Assembly: GCF_000372725.1 (NCBI RefSeq)
Contig: NW_005201851.1
Span: forward strand, 91,683 to 122,486
Direction of reading: 5' to 3'
DNA length: 30,804 bases
Origin: Emiliania huxleyi CCMP1516
Lineage: Eukaryota
Shown here: one piece after another, positions 1 to 11,507 of the stretch
How positions within the stretch are numbered: position 1 is the stretch's first letter
Layout of the letters: every line of letters starts with the position of its first letter
Program-made: the position numbers and the translations under genes
The notes under the pieces: generated by a model
Database searches by the model: none
What the model was told of the DNA's origin: nothing
Seen by the model: only the letters and a program-made list of their open reading frames with translations

Positions 1-43
<43 letters not shown>
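1..43. repeat. (AG)n microsatellite, runs off the window edge
   Basis: Uninterrupted AG dinucleotide run. Confidence 0.95.
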
Positions 44-45
<2 letters not shown>

Positions 46-220
46 ACACCTCACCCACGCGCATTGGGCCTTGCACATTGAATGCCGTGATGTCGCGTCC
101 GAGGCCCTTGCCCCACCACCTCGTGTGTGTGGAGAGGTGTACCTTACCTTCCCCTACCCTACCTGCTGCCTCAGGAGGGCACCCTCTCCCTCTCCTCCCC
201 GCTCCTCGACACGGCGGCAA

Positions 221-958
221 GGGTGGCGGTCGAGAGCGGCGGCGGCGGCGGCGGCGGCGGTGCCTTGGGCGGACTTGGCAGCGCGGGGGCCGGCGGCGCC
301 ACGGTGTGGGGGCCGTTTGCGACTTGCCTAGATCCGCGCCGCGCATGTCCCTTCACACACACCTCGACCCCTGTGGAGCAGGCGCCGGGGCCGCTGGCCA
401 CCTACCTCAAGTGCGAGACGAACGCTCTCCGGCCCCAGCTCTCCGTCTGTGAGCCAGTGTGCGCGTTGAATGGCGAGTACACCACGGCTGCTTAGGTTCA
501 ACTCGCGCTCCGGCCTCAGCCTGCTCAAGCCACACGACGGGCCCTTCCGCGGCGCGAGATCTGCACCGAGATCCGCCGAGATCTGCCGAGATCTGCCGAG
601 ATCTGCCGAGATCTGCCGAGATGAACGGCGAGACTCGCCGAGATTGGCGGATATGGCTAGACCAGACCGCCCGTGCGCTCTCTCCCCCCTCCGTCGCTCT
701 CAACGGCCGCCGCAACATAAAGTGGGTGAACTGATGAGCCGGTCGCCAGGCGTGATCCTCACGGCGACCATCGAGGGAGCGACACTGCAGTACGCGGGCC
801 TGCCGCTGGCTCTGTTCGACGGCGTGGCTCTCGGCTCTCCGCCGTCGGCAGTCCTGAAGCCTTGGTGGAACCTTCTCGGGTCCGTCCCTGTAGGCCGGCT
901 CGACTGGCTCGCGCTTGGCGGAAAGTGGCGCCGCGCGCGGCTGCACACGGTGGAGTGA
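221..958 (+). CDS. 3' part of a multi-exon hypothetical protein gene; predicted exons ~221-303, 382-410, 496-551, 750-821, 894-958
   Basis: Introns 304-381 (GT-AG), 411-495 (GT-AG), 552-749 (GC-AG) and 822-893 (GC-AG) join into one frame: ...GAGGAT APGPLATYLK FNSRSGLSLLKPHDGPFR GVILTATIEGATLQYAGLPLALFD GRLDWLALGGKWRRARLHTVE*. No family recognised. Confidence 0.55.
566..622. repeat. Intronic 10-bp tandem repeat (CCGAGATCTG)
   Basis: About 5 tandem copies inside predicted intron 552-749. Confidence 0.9.
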
Positions 959-1616
959 AGAGTGGCGGCTGGCGCAGCTAGAGCAACAGCAGGGAGAGGC
1001 CCAGTGTGGGCAGAGGGGGGTCTGCGGCGTTGCACGCTCCAAACCCCGCCCAGATACTGCAACAGGAGTGCAAAAGTGGTTGTGGCGTCGTGGAGCGTTA
1101 AAATTTGTAAGTGAGCGCAAGTAAGCGGTCTCCACACTCTAATTCTAGATACTAAAGTACAGGGGGCTGCGCGAGTGGGGCTAATATTGGGGGATGGGGC
1201 TCGCGTCAGCTTGCTGTTTTCGCCGCCTTCTAGAGGATCTCTCTGACCCCCCTGATCGCGAGTGGCGAGATGTGTGTGTGTCTCGCGCCTTGCGGGGGGG
1301 GAGCGGAAAGGAGGAACCTCTTCCCAAGAGCACCACTCTTGGAGCGCCGCCACTACCACCCAGAGCGCTGCAAGCAGCGCCGGGCAATGACTGACGGCTT
1401 GCCGCCCACCCAGCCCCCCCTCCCTCGGCACACCCCGGCAGCCAATGTGTGACGGCTCGAACCCGCTAAGCCATCCCGCAAGCGGGATGGCCCGCCACTC
1501 GAACCCGCAAGCGGGCGTACGAACCGCGAGCGAGATGTGTTTTCATTTCACTTCGAATTTACAACTTTTACGACATTCCGGCGCTTGCATTTCGGCGCGT
1601 TTGTGACCCTGCGCCA

Positions 1617-2057
1617 TTGATGCCGGGCTGCGCCACCTTTTGTGCCTTGAAGACGCAGCAGTGGGCGGTGCGGTGTGGCTGGAACGGCTGCGGTAGCTGT
1701 GCAGAATGCTTCGTCCCGCCGCCACCCGCTCCGCAGGCAGGTGCGTGCCCAAGATTCTGTAACGTCAACTCCAAAGCGTGGGCGCAAAAATGTGGCTGGA
1801 ACGGCTGCGGGGACTGTGACCGTTGCCTGGCCACTCACCATTGCGGCGAGTGCGCGGGCTTCTGCCCTGGCAAGACGCAGACGTGGGATGGGGGAGGCAA
1901 GTGCACTTGGAATGGCTGCGGCGGCTGCGCACCGTGCTGGCCAGGCCGACGGTGCCGCCCACCGCCACCCACCTCATATCGCCGTGGCTCTCGCCCGAGA
2001 AGAAGCGGCGGACCGAGACCCACGCAACCTTGGACCACCACTCGCCGCTCCAAATGA
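1617..2057 (+). CDS. Cys-rich repeat ORF, 3 copies of CxxFC-x6-W-x2-5-C-x-WNGCGxCxxC; probably a fragment
   Basis: Three clear repeats over 1629-1937 (CATFC..CGWNGCGSCAEC, CPRFC..CGWNGCGDCDRC, CAGFC..CTWNGCGGCAPC). After ~1940 the frame is antisense read-through of the astacin gene. Confidence 0.6.
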   Translation: MMPGCATFCALKTQQWAVRCGWNGCGSCAECFVPPPPAPQAGACPRFCNVNSKAWAQKCGWNGCGDCDRCLATHHCGECAGFCPGKTQTWDGGGKCTWNGCGGCAPCWPGRRCRPPPPTSYRRGSRPRRSGGPRPTQPWTTTRRSK

Positions 2058-2294
2058 CGAACGGCGGCTCGCTCGAGGGGGAGGATGGCGGGGGGGAGGA
2101 TGGCGGAAGAGACGGCGACGGCGGCGGCGGCATCGGGGTTGGCGGAGGCGGCAGGAGCGGGTCCCTCGGTGGCAACAGCGGCGGCTGCGGCAAGTCTGGC
2201 GGCGCGTAGTCGTACGAGGATGGCGGCGGCGCGTAGTCGTCTGTCGACGCCTTGCCGCCGCCGCACGCGCAGCACGCCTCAGCCGCGCGCTTGC
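1765..2294 (-). CDS. Astacin-like gene, last exon: ACCACGGG Cys motif, Pro/Ser-rich stalk, short hydrophobic stretch
   Basis: GC-AG intron 2389-2295 (phase 1) joins ...GSGTG to GKRAAEACCACGGG in frame. The 3' end beyond ~1940 is uncertain. Confidence 0.65.
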
Positions 2295-2389
2295 CTGACA
2301 TAGCCGAGATATGGCCGAGTCAGAGCTGAATCATAGCCGAGATAAAGCCGAGATGAGATTTGCCGAGATGTGTGACTAGCCACGCTCGC

Positions 2390-3187
2390 CTCCAGTGCCC
2401 GAACCGGGGTAGTCGCATGAGAAGCGGCGGCTCCCCTCCAAGTTTATATATGGCAAGCCCAACCGGCCGCCGGCTTCGGCGAGCCACGCGCAACCGATGA
2501 GGTCGCCGTTACTGACGGTCCAGGCATCCAGATCCCAGCCAGCATCCGCGCACTCGCCGCACTGCCCCATACCGTTGCGAGCGCCCCCATCCCAGCGGCA
2601 GGGGCTCTCTGCGCGGGAAGAGAGAGCGACGCAATCGCCCCTCGTCACCGCATCCCTGCACTGCGGCGGCGGGGCGTACCCGGCGCAGGAGGCGACGGCG
2701 CCGCACCCGTAGAGGGCCCGAATGCGCGCGATGTCCTTGGGCGACAGGACGCTGTTGGAGCCAAACTCGGACCCGGCGCTCACAACCCGATAGCCGCCGT
2801 CGCCGTCGGAGACGTTTTGGTTGCCATTCTTGGTCAGCATCACCGGATCGCCACCCGGAACCGCAAACGTGTAGGACGAGTAGAGCATGATGGAAAACCA
2901 ATCCCACTCGGCCGCCCATGCCGCCTCGCCCACGGCGTTTTCATAGTCCTGCTCATCGAACTTTGTGAACTGGCCAGCATACTCTGTCGGTATGTTCTGG
3001 ACGTCTATGTAGTCGTCGCGGTTGGGGCGCTGGTGCTCGTGCATCGTTCCGAGGCTATGCATCAGCTCGTGGATAACGACGGCCTTCTTGAACAGCGCCG
3101 GTGGGCCCCCGCCGCCGCAGCCCCATGTGAGGTCAATGGCCGAGGACCGCAGGATTCCTCTCGACTTGTCGTACCAGTCGTCGGGAC
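2390..3187 (-). CDS. Astacin (peptidase M12A) metalloprotease, catalytic exon
   Basis: The frame upstream of the ORF start reads VVIHELMHSLGTMHEHQRPNRDDYI, the astacin HExxHxxGxxHExxRxDR zinc signature. Met-turn SIMLY and LSPKDIARIRALYGC are present. CAG acceptor at 3190-3188. Confidence 0.93.
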
Positions 3188-3190
3188 CTG

Positions 3191-3293
3191 GGGCTCTCTA
3201 GCCCGTAACCCGATCCCGATCATCTTGCTCGCTGGGTGCCCTTCTTAGCTCCCCGCGCCGGCCCTTTACTAACTGCACTCCAAGTGCTCCAAG
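3191..3293 (+). repeat. Repeat A, copy 1 (copy 2 at 10801-10908)
   Basis: GGGCTCTCTAGCCCGTARCCCGATCCCGATCATC...TAACTGCACTCCAAGTGCTCCAAG is shared in direct orientation. Confidence 0.9.
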
Positions 3294-3386
3294 TGCACTA
3301 ACTCTAGAGTATGCTTTCTGTGAAGAGACGCTGTGCCTAAAAGGGCGCGGGGACGCTGAGAAAGTTGCTCAAAATCGGCCTAGAAA

Positions 3387-3790
3387 ATGGACCGCCCACG
3401 ATGGCTGACGCTCGATGCGCCCTCGCGGCCGTCGGAAATCGCCAACACCGGCTCCATCGCGCGGCTGCTGCGGCCGGGGTCCGAGGCGCTCTGCCGCGAG
3501 GCTGACTGGCACTCGCTCATCGCGGCGGCGGTCGAGAAAAAGGCGCAGCCAGATGTTGTTGATCAGCTCGCGGCCGCACTCAGGATGGCCTCCGACCCGG
3601 CGCACGGGGTGCTGCTGCTCTCTGTGACGTGCCGCCTCGTCCTCCAGACGCTCGCGGCCGGCGGCGACTCGACGCAGGCGCTGACGGTCCTTCCCGAGCC
3701 CCTCGACCGATTCCTCCTCGGCCGCCGCGTCTCCGGCAGCCCGGCCGCGTCGCTCGAGGCCATCGTCACGGCGCTGTCCGGCGCCGCCGA
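3387..3790 (+). CDS. Hypothetical helical protein fragment carried in the insertion, running into the satellite
   Basis: ATG at 3387, GC3-rich codons and an Ala/Leu-rich protein-like sequence of ~134 codons. No recognised domain. Confidence 0.5.
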
Positions 3791-6700
3791 GTGCTATAGA
3801 GTGCACGGGGAGTGCACAGGGAGTGCTTTGTGAGTGCTTTCGAGTGCTACCGAGTGCTATCGAGTGCACGGGGAGTGCTCTGTGAGTGCTTTTGAGTGCT
3901 ACCAAGTGCTATCGAGTGCATGGGGAGTGCTCTGTGAGTGCTTTTGAGTGCTACCGAGTGCTATAGAGTGCACGGGGAGTGCTCTGTGAGTGCTTTTGAG
4001 TGCTACCGAGTGCTATAGAGTGCACGGGGAGTGCACAGGGAGTGCTCTGTGAGTGCTACCGAGTGCTATCGAGTGCTATTGAGTGCACGGGGAGTGCTCT
4101 GTGAGTGCTACCGAGTGCTACCGAGTGCTATCGAGTGCACGGGGAGTGCACGGGGAGTGCTCTGTGAGTGCTTTCGAGTGCTACCGAGTGCTATCGAGTG
4201 CACGGGGAGTGCTCTGTGAGTGCTTTTGAGTGCTACCGAGTGCTATAGAGTGCACGGGGAGTGCTCTGTGAGTGCTTTTGAGTGCTACCGAGTGCTATAG
4301 AGTGCACGGGGAGTGCACAGGGAGTGCTCTGTGAGTGCTTTTGAGTGCTACCGAGTGCTATCGAGTGCACGGGGAGTGCTCTGTGAGTGCTTTTGAGTGC
4401 TACCGAGTGCTATCGAGTGCACGGGGAGTGCTCTGTGAGTGCTTTTGAGTGCTACCGAGTGCTATAGAGTGCACGGGGAGTGCTCTGTGAGTGCTTTTGA
4501 GTGCTACCGAGTGCTATCGAGTGCACGGGGAGTGCACGGGGAGTGCTCTGTGATTTAGTGCTTTCGAGTGCTACCGAGTGCTATCGAGTGCACGGGGAGT
4601 GCTCTGTGAGTGCTTTTGAGTGCTACCGAGTGCTACCGAGTGCACGGGGAGTGCACAGGGAGTGCTCTGTGAGTGCTTTTGAGTGCTACCGAGTGCTATC
4701 GAGTGCTATCGAGTGCACGGGGAGTGCACGGTGATTGCTCTGCGAGTGCTTTCGAGTGCTACCGAGTGCTATCGAGTGCACGGGGAGTGCTCTGTGAGTG
4801 CTTTTGAGTGCTACCGAGTGCTACCGAGTGCACGGGGAGTGCACAGGGAGTGCTCTGTGAGTGCTTTTGAGTGCTACCGAGTGCTATCGAGTGCACGGGG
4901 AGTGCACGGGGAGTGCTTTGTGAGTGCTTTCGAGTGCTACCGAGTGCTATCGAGTGCACGGGGAGTGCACGGGGAGTGCTCTGTGAGTGCTTTTGAGTGC
5001 TACCGAGTGCTATAGAGTGCACGGGGAGTGCACAGGGAGTGCTCTGTGAGTGCTTTTGAGTGCTACCGAGTGCTATCGAGTGCACGGGGAGTGCACAGGG
5101 AGTGCTCTGCGAGTGCTTTTGAGTGCTATCGAGTGCTATCGAGTGCACGGGGAGTGCTCTGTGAGTGCTTTTGAGTGCTACCGAGTGCTACCGAGTGCAC
5201 GGGGAGTGCACAGGGAGTGCTCTGTGAGTGCTTTTGAGTGCTACCGAGTGCTATCGAGTGCACGGGGAGTGCACGGGGAGTGCTTTGTGAGTGCTTTCGA
5301 GTGCTACCGAGTGCTATCGAGTGCACGGGGAGTGCACGGGGAGTGCTCTGTGAGTGCTTTTGAGTGCTACCGAGTGCTATAGAGTGCACGGGGAGTGCAC
5401 AGGGAGTGCTCTGTGAGTGCTTTTGAGTGCTACCGAGTGCTATCGAGTGCACGGGGAGTGCTCAGGGAGTGCTCTGCGAGTGCTTTAGAGTGCTTCCGAG
5501 TGCTTCCGAGTGCTATCGAGTGCACGGGGAGTGCTCAGGGAGTGCTCTGCGAGTGCTTTAGAGTGCTTTCGAGTGCTTCCGAGTGCTATCGAGTGCATGG
5601 GGAGTGCTCAGTGAGTGCTCTGCTAGTGCTTTAGAGTGCTTCCGAGTGCTATCGAGTGCACGGGGAGTGCATGGGGAGTGCTCTGTGAGTGCTTTTGAGT
5701 GCTACCGAGTGCTATAGAGTGCACGGGGAGTGCACAGGGAGTGCTTTGTGAGTGCTTTCGAGTGCTACCGAGTGCTATCGAGTGCACGGGGAGTGCACGG
5801 GGAGTGCTTTTGAGTGCTACCAAGTGCTATCGAGTGCATGGGGAGTGCTCTGTGAGTGCTTTTGAGTGCTACCGAGTGCTATAGAGTGCACGGGGAGTGC
5901 ACAGGGAGTGCTCTGTGAGTGCTACCGAGTGCTACCGAGTGCTATCGAGTGCACGGGGAGTGCTCTGTGAGTGCTACCGAGTGCTACCGAGTGCTACCGA
6001 GTGCACGGGGAGTGCACAGGGAGTGCTCTGCGAGTGCTTTTGAGTGCTACCGAGTGCTATCGAGTGCACGGGGAGTGCTCTGTGAGTGCTTTTGAGTGCT
6101 ACCGAGTGCTATAGAGTGCACGGGGAGTGCACAGGGAGTGCTCTGTGAGTGCTACCGAGTGCTATCGAGTGCTATTGAGTGCACGGGGAGTGCTCTGTGA
6201 GTGCTACCGAGTGCTACCGAGTGCTATCGAGTGGACGGGGAGTGCACAGGGAGTGCTCTGTGAGTGCTACCGAGTGCTATCGAGTGCTATTGAGTGCACG
6301 GGGAGTGCTCTGTGAGTGCTACCGAGTGCTACCGAGTGCTATCGAGTGCACGGGGAGTGCACGGGGAGTGCTCTGTGAGTGCTTTCGAGTGCTACCGAGT
6401 GCTATCGAGTGCACGGGGAGTGCTCTGTGAGTGCTTTTGAGTGCTACCGAGTGCTATAGAGTGCACGGGGAGTGCTCTGTGAGTGCTTTTGAGTGCTACC
6501 GAGTGCTATAGAGTGCACGGGGAGTGCACAGGGAGTGCTCTGTGAGTGCTTTTGAGTGCTACCGAGTGCTATCGAGTGCACGGGGAGTGCTCTGTGAGTG
6601 CTTTTGAGTGCTACCGAGTGCTATCGAGTGCACGGGGAGTGCTCTGTGAGTGCTTTTGAGTGCTACCGAGTGCTATAGAGTGCACGGGGAGTGCTCTGTG

Positions 6701-9539
6701 AGTGCTTTTGAGTGCTACCGAGTGCTATCGAGTGCACGGGGAGTGCACGGGGAGTGCTCTGTGATTTAGTGCTTTCGAGTGCTACCGAGTGCTATCGAGT
6801 GCACGGGGAGTGCTCTGTGAGTGCTTTTGAGTGCTACCGAGTGCTACCGAGTGCACGGGGAGTGCACAGGGAGTGCTCTGTGAGTGCTTTTGAGTGCTAC
6901 CGAGTGCTATCGAGTGCACGGGGAGTGCACAGGGAGTGCTCTGCGAGTGCTTTTGAGTGCTATCGAGTGCTATCGAGTGCACGGGGAGTGCTCTGTGAGT
7001 GCTTTTGAGTGCTACCGAGTGCTACCGAGTGCACGGGGAGTGCACAGGGAGTGCTCTGTGAGTGCTTTTGAGTGCTACCGAGTGCTATCGAGTGCACGGG
7101 GAGTGCACGGGGAGTGCTTTGTGAGTGCTTTCGAGTGCTACCGAGTGCTATCGAGTGCACGGGGAGTGCACGGGGAGTGCACGGGGAGTGCTCTGTGAGT
7201 GCTTTTGAGTGCTACCGAGTGCTATAGAGTGCACGGGGAGTGCACAGGGAGTGCTCTGTGAGTGCTTTTGAGTGCTACCGAGTGCTATCGAGTGCACGGG
7301 GAGTGCACAGGGAGTGCTCTGCGAGTGCTTTTGAGTGCTATCGAGTGCTATCGAGTGCACGGGGAGTGCTCTGCGAGTGCTTTAGAGTGCTTCCGAGTGC
7401 TTCCGAGTGCTATCGAGTGCATGGGGAGTGCTCAGTGAGTGCTCTGGGGGTGCCTTAGAGTGCTTCCAAGTGCTTCCGAGTGCTTCCGAGTGCTATCGAG
7501 TGCACGGGGAGTGCTCAGGGAGTGCTCTGCGAGTGCTTTAGAGTGCTTTCGAGTGCTTCCGAGTGCTATCGAGTGCATGGGGAGTGCTCAGTGAGTGCTC
7601 TGCTAGTGCTTTAGAGTGCTTCCGAGTGCTATCGAGTGCACGGGGAGTGCATGGGGAGTGCTCTGTGAGTGCTTTTGAGTGCTACCGAGTGCTATAGAGT
7701 GCACGGGGAGTGCACAGGGAGTGCTTTGTGAGTGCTTTCGAGTGCTACCGAGTGCTATCGAGTGCACGGGGAGTGCACGGGGAGTGCTTTTGAGTGCTAC
7801 CAAGTGCTATCGAGTGCATGGGGAGTGCTCTGTGAGTGCTTTTGAGTGCTACCGAGTGCTATAGAGTGCACGGGGAGTGCTCTGTGAGTGCTTTTGAGTG
7901 CTACCGAGTGCTATAGAGTGCACGGGGAGTGCACAGGGAGTGCTCTGTGAGTGCTACCGAGTGCTATCGAGTGCTATTGAGTGCACGGGGAGTGCTCTGT
8001 GAGTGCTACCGAGTGCTACCGAGTGCTATCGAGTGCACGGGGAGTGCACGGGGAGTGCTCTGTGAGTGCTTTCGAGTGCTACCGAGTGCTATCGAGTGCA
8101 CGGGGAGTGCTCTGTGAGTGCTTTTGAGTGCTACCGAGTGCTATAGAGTGCACGGGGAGTGCTCTGTGAGTGCTTTTGAGTGCTACCGAGTGCTATAGAG
8201 TGCACGGGGAGTGCACAGGGAGTGCTCTGTGAGTGCTTTTGAGTGCTACCGAGTGCTATCGAGTGCACGGGGAGTGCTCTGTGAGTGCTTTTGAGTGCTA
8301 CCGAGTGCTATCGAGTGCACGGGGAGTGCTCTGTGAGTGCTTTTGAGTGCTACCGAGTGCTATAGAGTGCACGGGGAGTGCTCTGTGAGTGCTTTTGAGT
8401 GCTACCGAGTGCTATCGAGTGCACGGGGAGTGCACGGGGAGTGCTCTGTGATTTAGTGCTTTCGAGTGCTACCGAGTGCTATCGAGTGCACGGGGAGTGC
8501 TCTGTGAGTGCTTTTGAGTGCTACCGAGTGCTACCGAGTGCACGGGGAGTGCACAGGGAGTGCTCTGTGAGTGCTTTTGAGTGCTACCGAGTGCTATCGA
8601 GTGCTATCGAGTGCACGGGGAGTGCACGGTGATTGCTCTGCGAGTGCTTTCGAGTGCTACCGAGTGCTATCGAGTGCACGGGGAGTGCACAGGGAGTGCT
8701 CTGCGAGTGCTTTTGAGTGCTACCGAGTGCTATCGAGTGCTATCGAGTGCACGGGGAGTGCTCTGTGAGTGCTTTCCAGTGCTACCGAGTGCTATCGAGT
8801 GCACGGGGAGTGCACGGTGATTGCTCTGTGAGTGCTTTCGAGTGCTACCGAGTGCTATCGAGTGCACGGTGAGTGCTCTGTGAGTGCTTTCGAGTGCTAC
8901 CGAGTGCTATCAAGTGCACGGGGAGTGCACGGGGAGTGCTCTGTGAGTGCTTTTGAGTGCTACCGAGTGCTACCGAGTGCACGGGGAGTGCACGGGGAGT
9001 GCTCTGTGAGTGCTACCGAGTGCACGGGGAGTGCTCTGTGAGTGAGTGCTTGCTATAGAGTGCACGGGGAGTGCACGGGGAGTGCTCTGTGAGTGCTACC
9101 GAGTGCTATCGAGTGCTATCGAGTGCACGGGGAGTGCTCTGTGAGTGCTACCGAGTGCTATCGAGTGCTATCGAGTGCACGGGGAGTGCTCTGTGAGTGC
9201 TATCGAGTGCACGGGGAGTGCTCTGTGAGTGAGTGCTTGCTATAGAGTGCACGGGGAGTGCACGGGGAGTGCTCTGTGAGTGCTACCGAGTGCTACCGAG
9301 TGCTATCGAGTGCACGGGGAGTGCTCTGTGAGTGCTTTTGAGTGCTTGCTATCGAGTGCACGGGGAGTGCTCTGTGAGTGCTACCGAGCGCTACCGAGTG
9401 CTATCGAGTGCACGGGGAGTGCTCTGTGAGTGCTACCGAGTGCTACCGAGTGCTATCGAGTGCACGGGGAGTGCTCTGTGAGTGCTACCGAGTGCTTCCG
9501 AGTGCTCTGGAGTGCACGGGGAGTGCACAGGGAGTGCAC
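3789..9539. repeat. 5.75-kb satellite of 10-11-bp GAGTGC-initiated units with higher-order duplications
   Basis: Units GAGTGCTACC, GAGTGCTATC, GAGTGCACGGG, GAGTGCTCTGT and GAGTGCTTTT occur throughout. Confidence 0.98.
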
Positions 9540-9936
9540 ACGCTCTCGCCGCATGGCATCGCCCATCCGCTCCAGTGATGACGACGACAACACGCCTTGC
9601 CTTGGGCCGAGCCGCTCTGGGAGAGCGCCGGCATGCGGGCGCGGAACGGCGGCCACCAAGGCGAAGAGCATGCCCACCGCCCTCCACTACTCGAGCGTTG
9701 TGAGGCAATCGAGGCAGGTCGTAGCAAGACTGTTGCCGAAACGAGCGATGAGGCGGAGCGGGCGTCGGGCAGCAAGCGTGCCCGAAGGAGCGGCTGTTGT
9801 GCTTGTTCGTTGTACACGGCGTTGAGATGTACCTTTTAGCTTACTGGGAGAAAAGAGAGAGGGGGTTGTGTTCTCTAGGCCCCTAAGGGGCCCGAGATGT
9901 ACGTACGTACTTTTAGCTTACTGGGAGAAGTACGTA

Positions 9937-10709
9937 CAGGCCTCGTCAGGTTTTTGCTCATGGTGCATTTACTCACACCACCGCAGTACAATTGATTGAG
10001 TCCGGGTTTTTTATGCGTATGATTGTAAGGGCGTAGGGACCCGCCCCAGGACAGGCTCTGTCGTTCTGATGGAGCGCTCTGGTGCCGAGGAGAGCCGCTG
10101 GCAAGAGGTAGATGTGAAGCCACGACGGGTCGGTACAGCAGGCCGACCAGAGAGTGCAGAGTGAGCACTGCCCCTCTCCAAGATCGACTCCTGTGGAGAA
10201 GCCCGCCTAGGACCATCAAGGGGAGGCCAGGTCCACTTGACCCGCGCAAAGAGCTAGATGCAGCCGTCGCCATTCTACGGCCTCAGAGCGTATGCCTTGC
10301 CGCCGGACGGTGGCGGTCGTGTCGGTGGTTGGGCTGTTTTGCACGACGGCTGTGGCGGCGCTCTGGAGGGGAGGGCGGCCACTTTCGGGTGGTGGATGAC
10401 CGGCCTTTGAGGTCTTGCAACCCTAGCTGTGACAGCTTTGGACAGCTCGCGTAACCCTAGGAACAGCGGGCCGGCTAGGGTTGAGGCCACACAGCCCGGG
10501 ACATGACGAGGGTGGTGGAGGTCCGAAATCACGCCGCTATGCCTCGGCTCCAGCGAGGTCTCTCAGACCCTAGCTCAGGTATAATGCAGTAGCCGGAAGC
10601 AGGGAACACTCACCCCCCAGCACCAGTCTTCTAGGTGGAGGCGGGCCCGCTGGTATCGTCGGGAAGGTCGAGGAGGGTGGGTGGATGAGCGAGAACCTGA
10701 CAAGGCCTG
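9937..10709. mobile_element. MITE, Tc1/mariner-pogo type (CAG termini, TA TSD), 773 bp
   Basis: TIR CAGGCCTCGTCAGGTTTTTGCTCA (9937-9960) matches the reverse complement of 10686-10709 at 21/24. TA at 9935-9936 and 10710-10711. Confidence 0.8.
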
Positions 10710-10800
10710 TACTTTTAGCTTCGAGGGAGAAAAGAGAGAGGGGTGTTTACTTTTTACGGCCCTTTCCCTGCGAACGCGCACCCCCCCTAGCTAGGGGTCA

Positions 10801-10990
10801 GGGCTCTCTAGCCCGTAGCCCGATCCCGATCATCCGGCCCGCTGGGTGCGCTTCTCAGCTCCCCGGCCCTGGATGTGAGGCTGATAACTGCACTCCAAGT
10901 GCTCCAAGGGGGTTGTGTTCTCTAGGCCCCTAAGGGCCCTACGCGCGGCGTGAGAGCTCGGGAGATGTACTTTTAGCTACTGGGAGATGT
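10801..10990 (+). repeat. Repeat A copy 2 followed directly by repeat B copy 2 (B copy 1 at ~9826-9936)
   Basis: GGGGTTGTGTTCTCTAGGCCCCTAAGGG at 9862 and 10909. GTACTTTTAGCT..GGGAGA motifs at ~9829, 9907, 10709 and 10967. Confidence 0.85.
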
Positions 10991-11507
10991 AAAGAGACAC
11001 GTACCCTGGGGTGTGGCCACACTTGGAGAACGTGTGTACAGAATGTCGAGAATGTCCAGAATCGGTGTCCAGAACGGAGATGTCTTCTACGGAAGGCGTC
11101 CAACGAGCAACGTCCGTGTGAGCACACACTCACTGTGGTTGCGCACGACATTAGAGTCAGGTCCTGAGCGCCCAAGGCCAGCCCTCACCTATTCAGTTAG
11201 AGTCCGATGGGTATGACCACACTTGGAGAGGTGTACAGTCTGTACAGAATGTGCAGAAGGTGTACAGAAGGTGTACAGAAGGTGTACAGAAGGTGTATTC
11301 TGGTCAACATACAGCTATTTAACCCTTCACCATTTGAGCAGGCCAGCTCCCCAACCCTGGCTTAATTAGTATTAGATCTAGATCTTTCATGTGCTGCTCT
11401 CAAATCTAGTCTTGTCCAGAATGGCGTCTGCGGTCCCGAGAAATTACGTAACAAAGGTTTCTCTGGACGCTCCACAAACCCTATTCTCAATGCCCCACCC
11501 CCCTGCG

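Noticed and set aside
3789..9539. CRISPR-like array
   Set aside because: No unique spacers, the units are 10-11 bp, and the context is eukaryotic with no cas genes.
3833..9578. Many 60-130 aa ORFs (ECYRVL/SAIECTG repeats)
   Set aside because: Translations of the satellite, with frequent stops and no coding signal.
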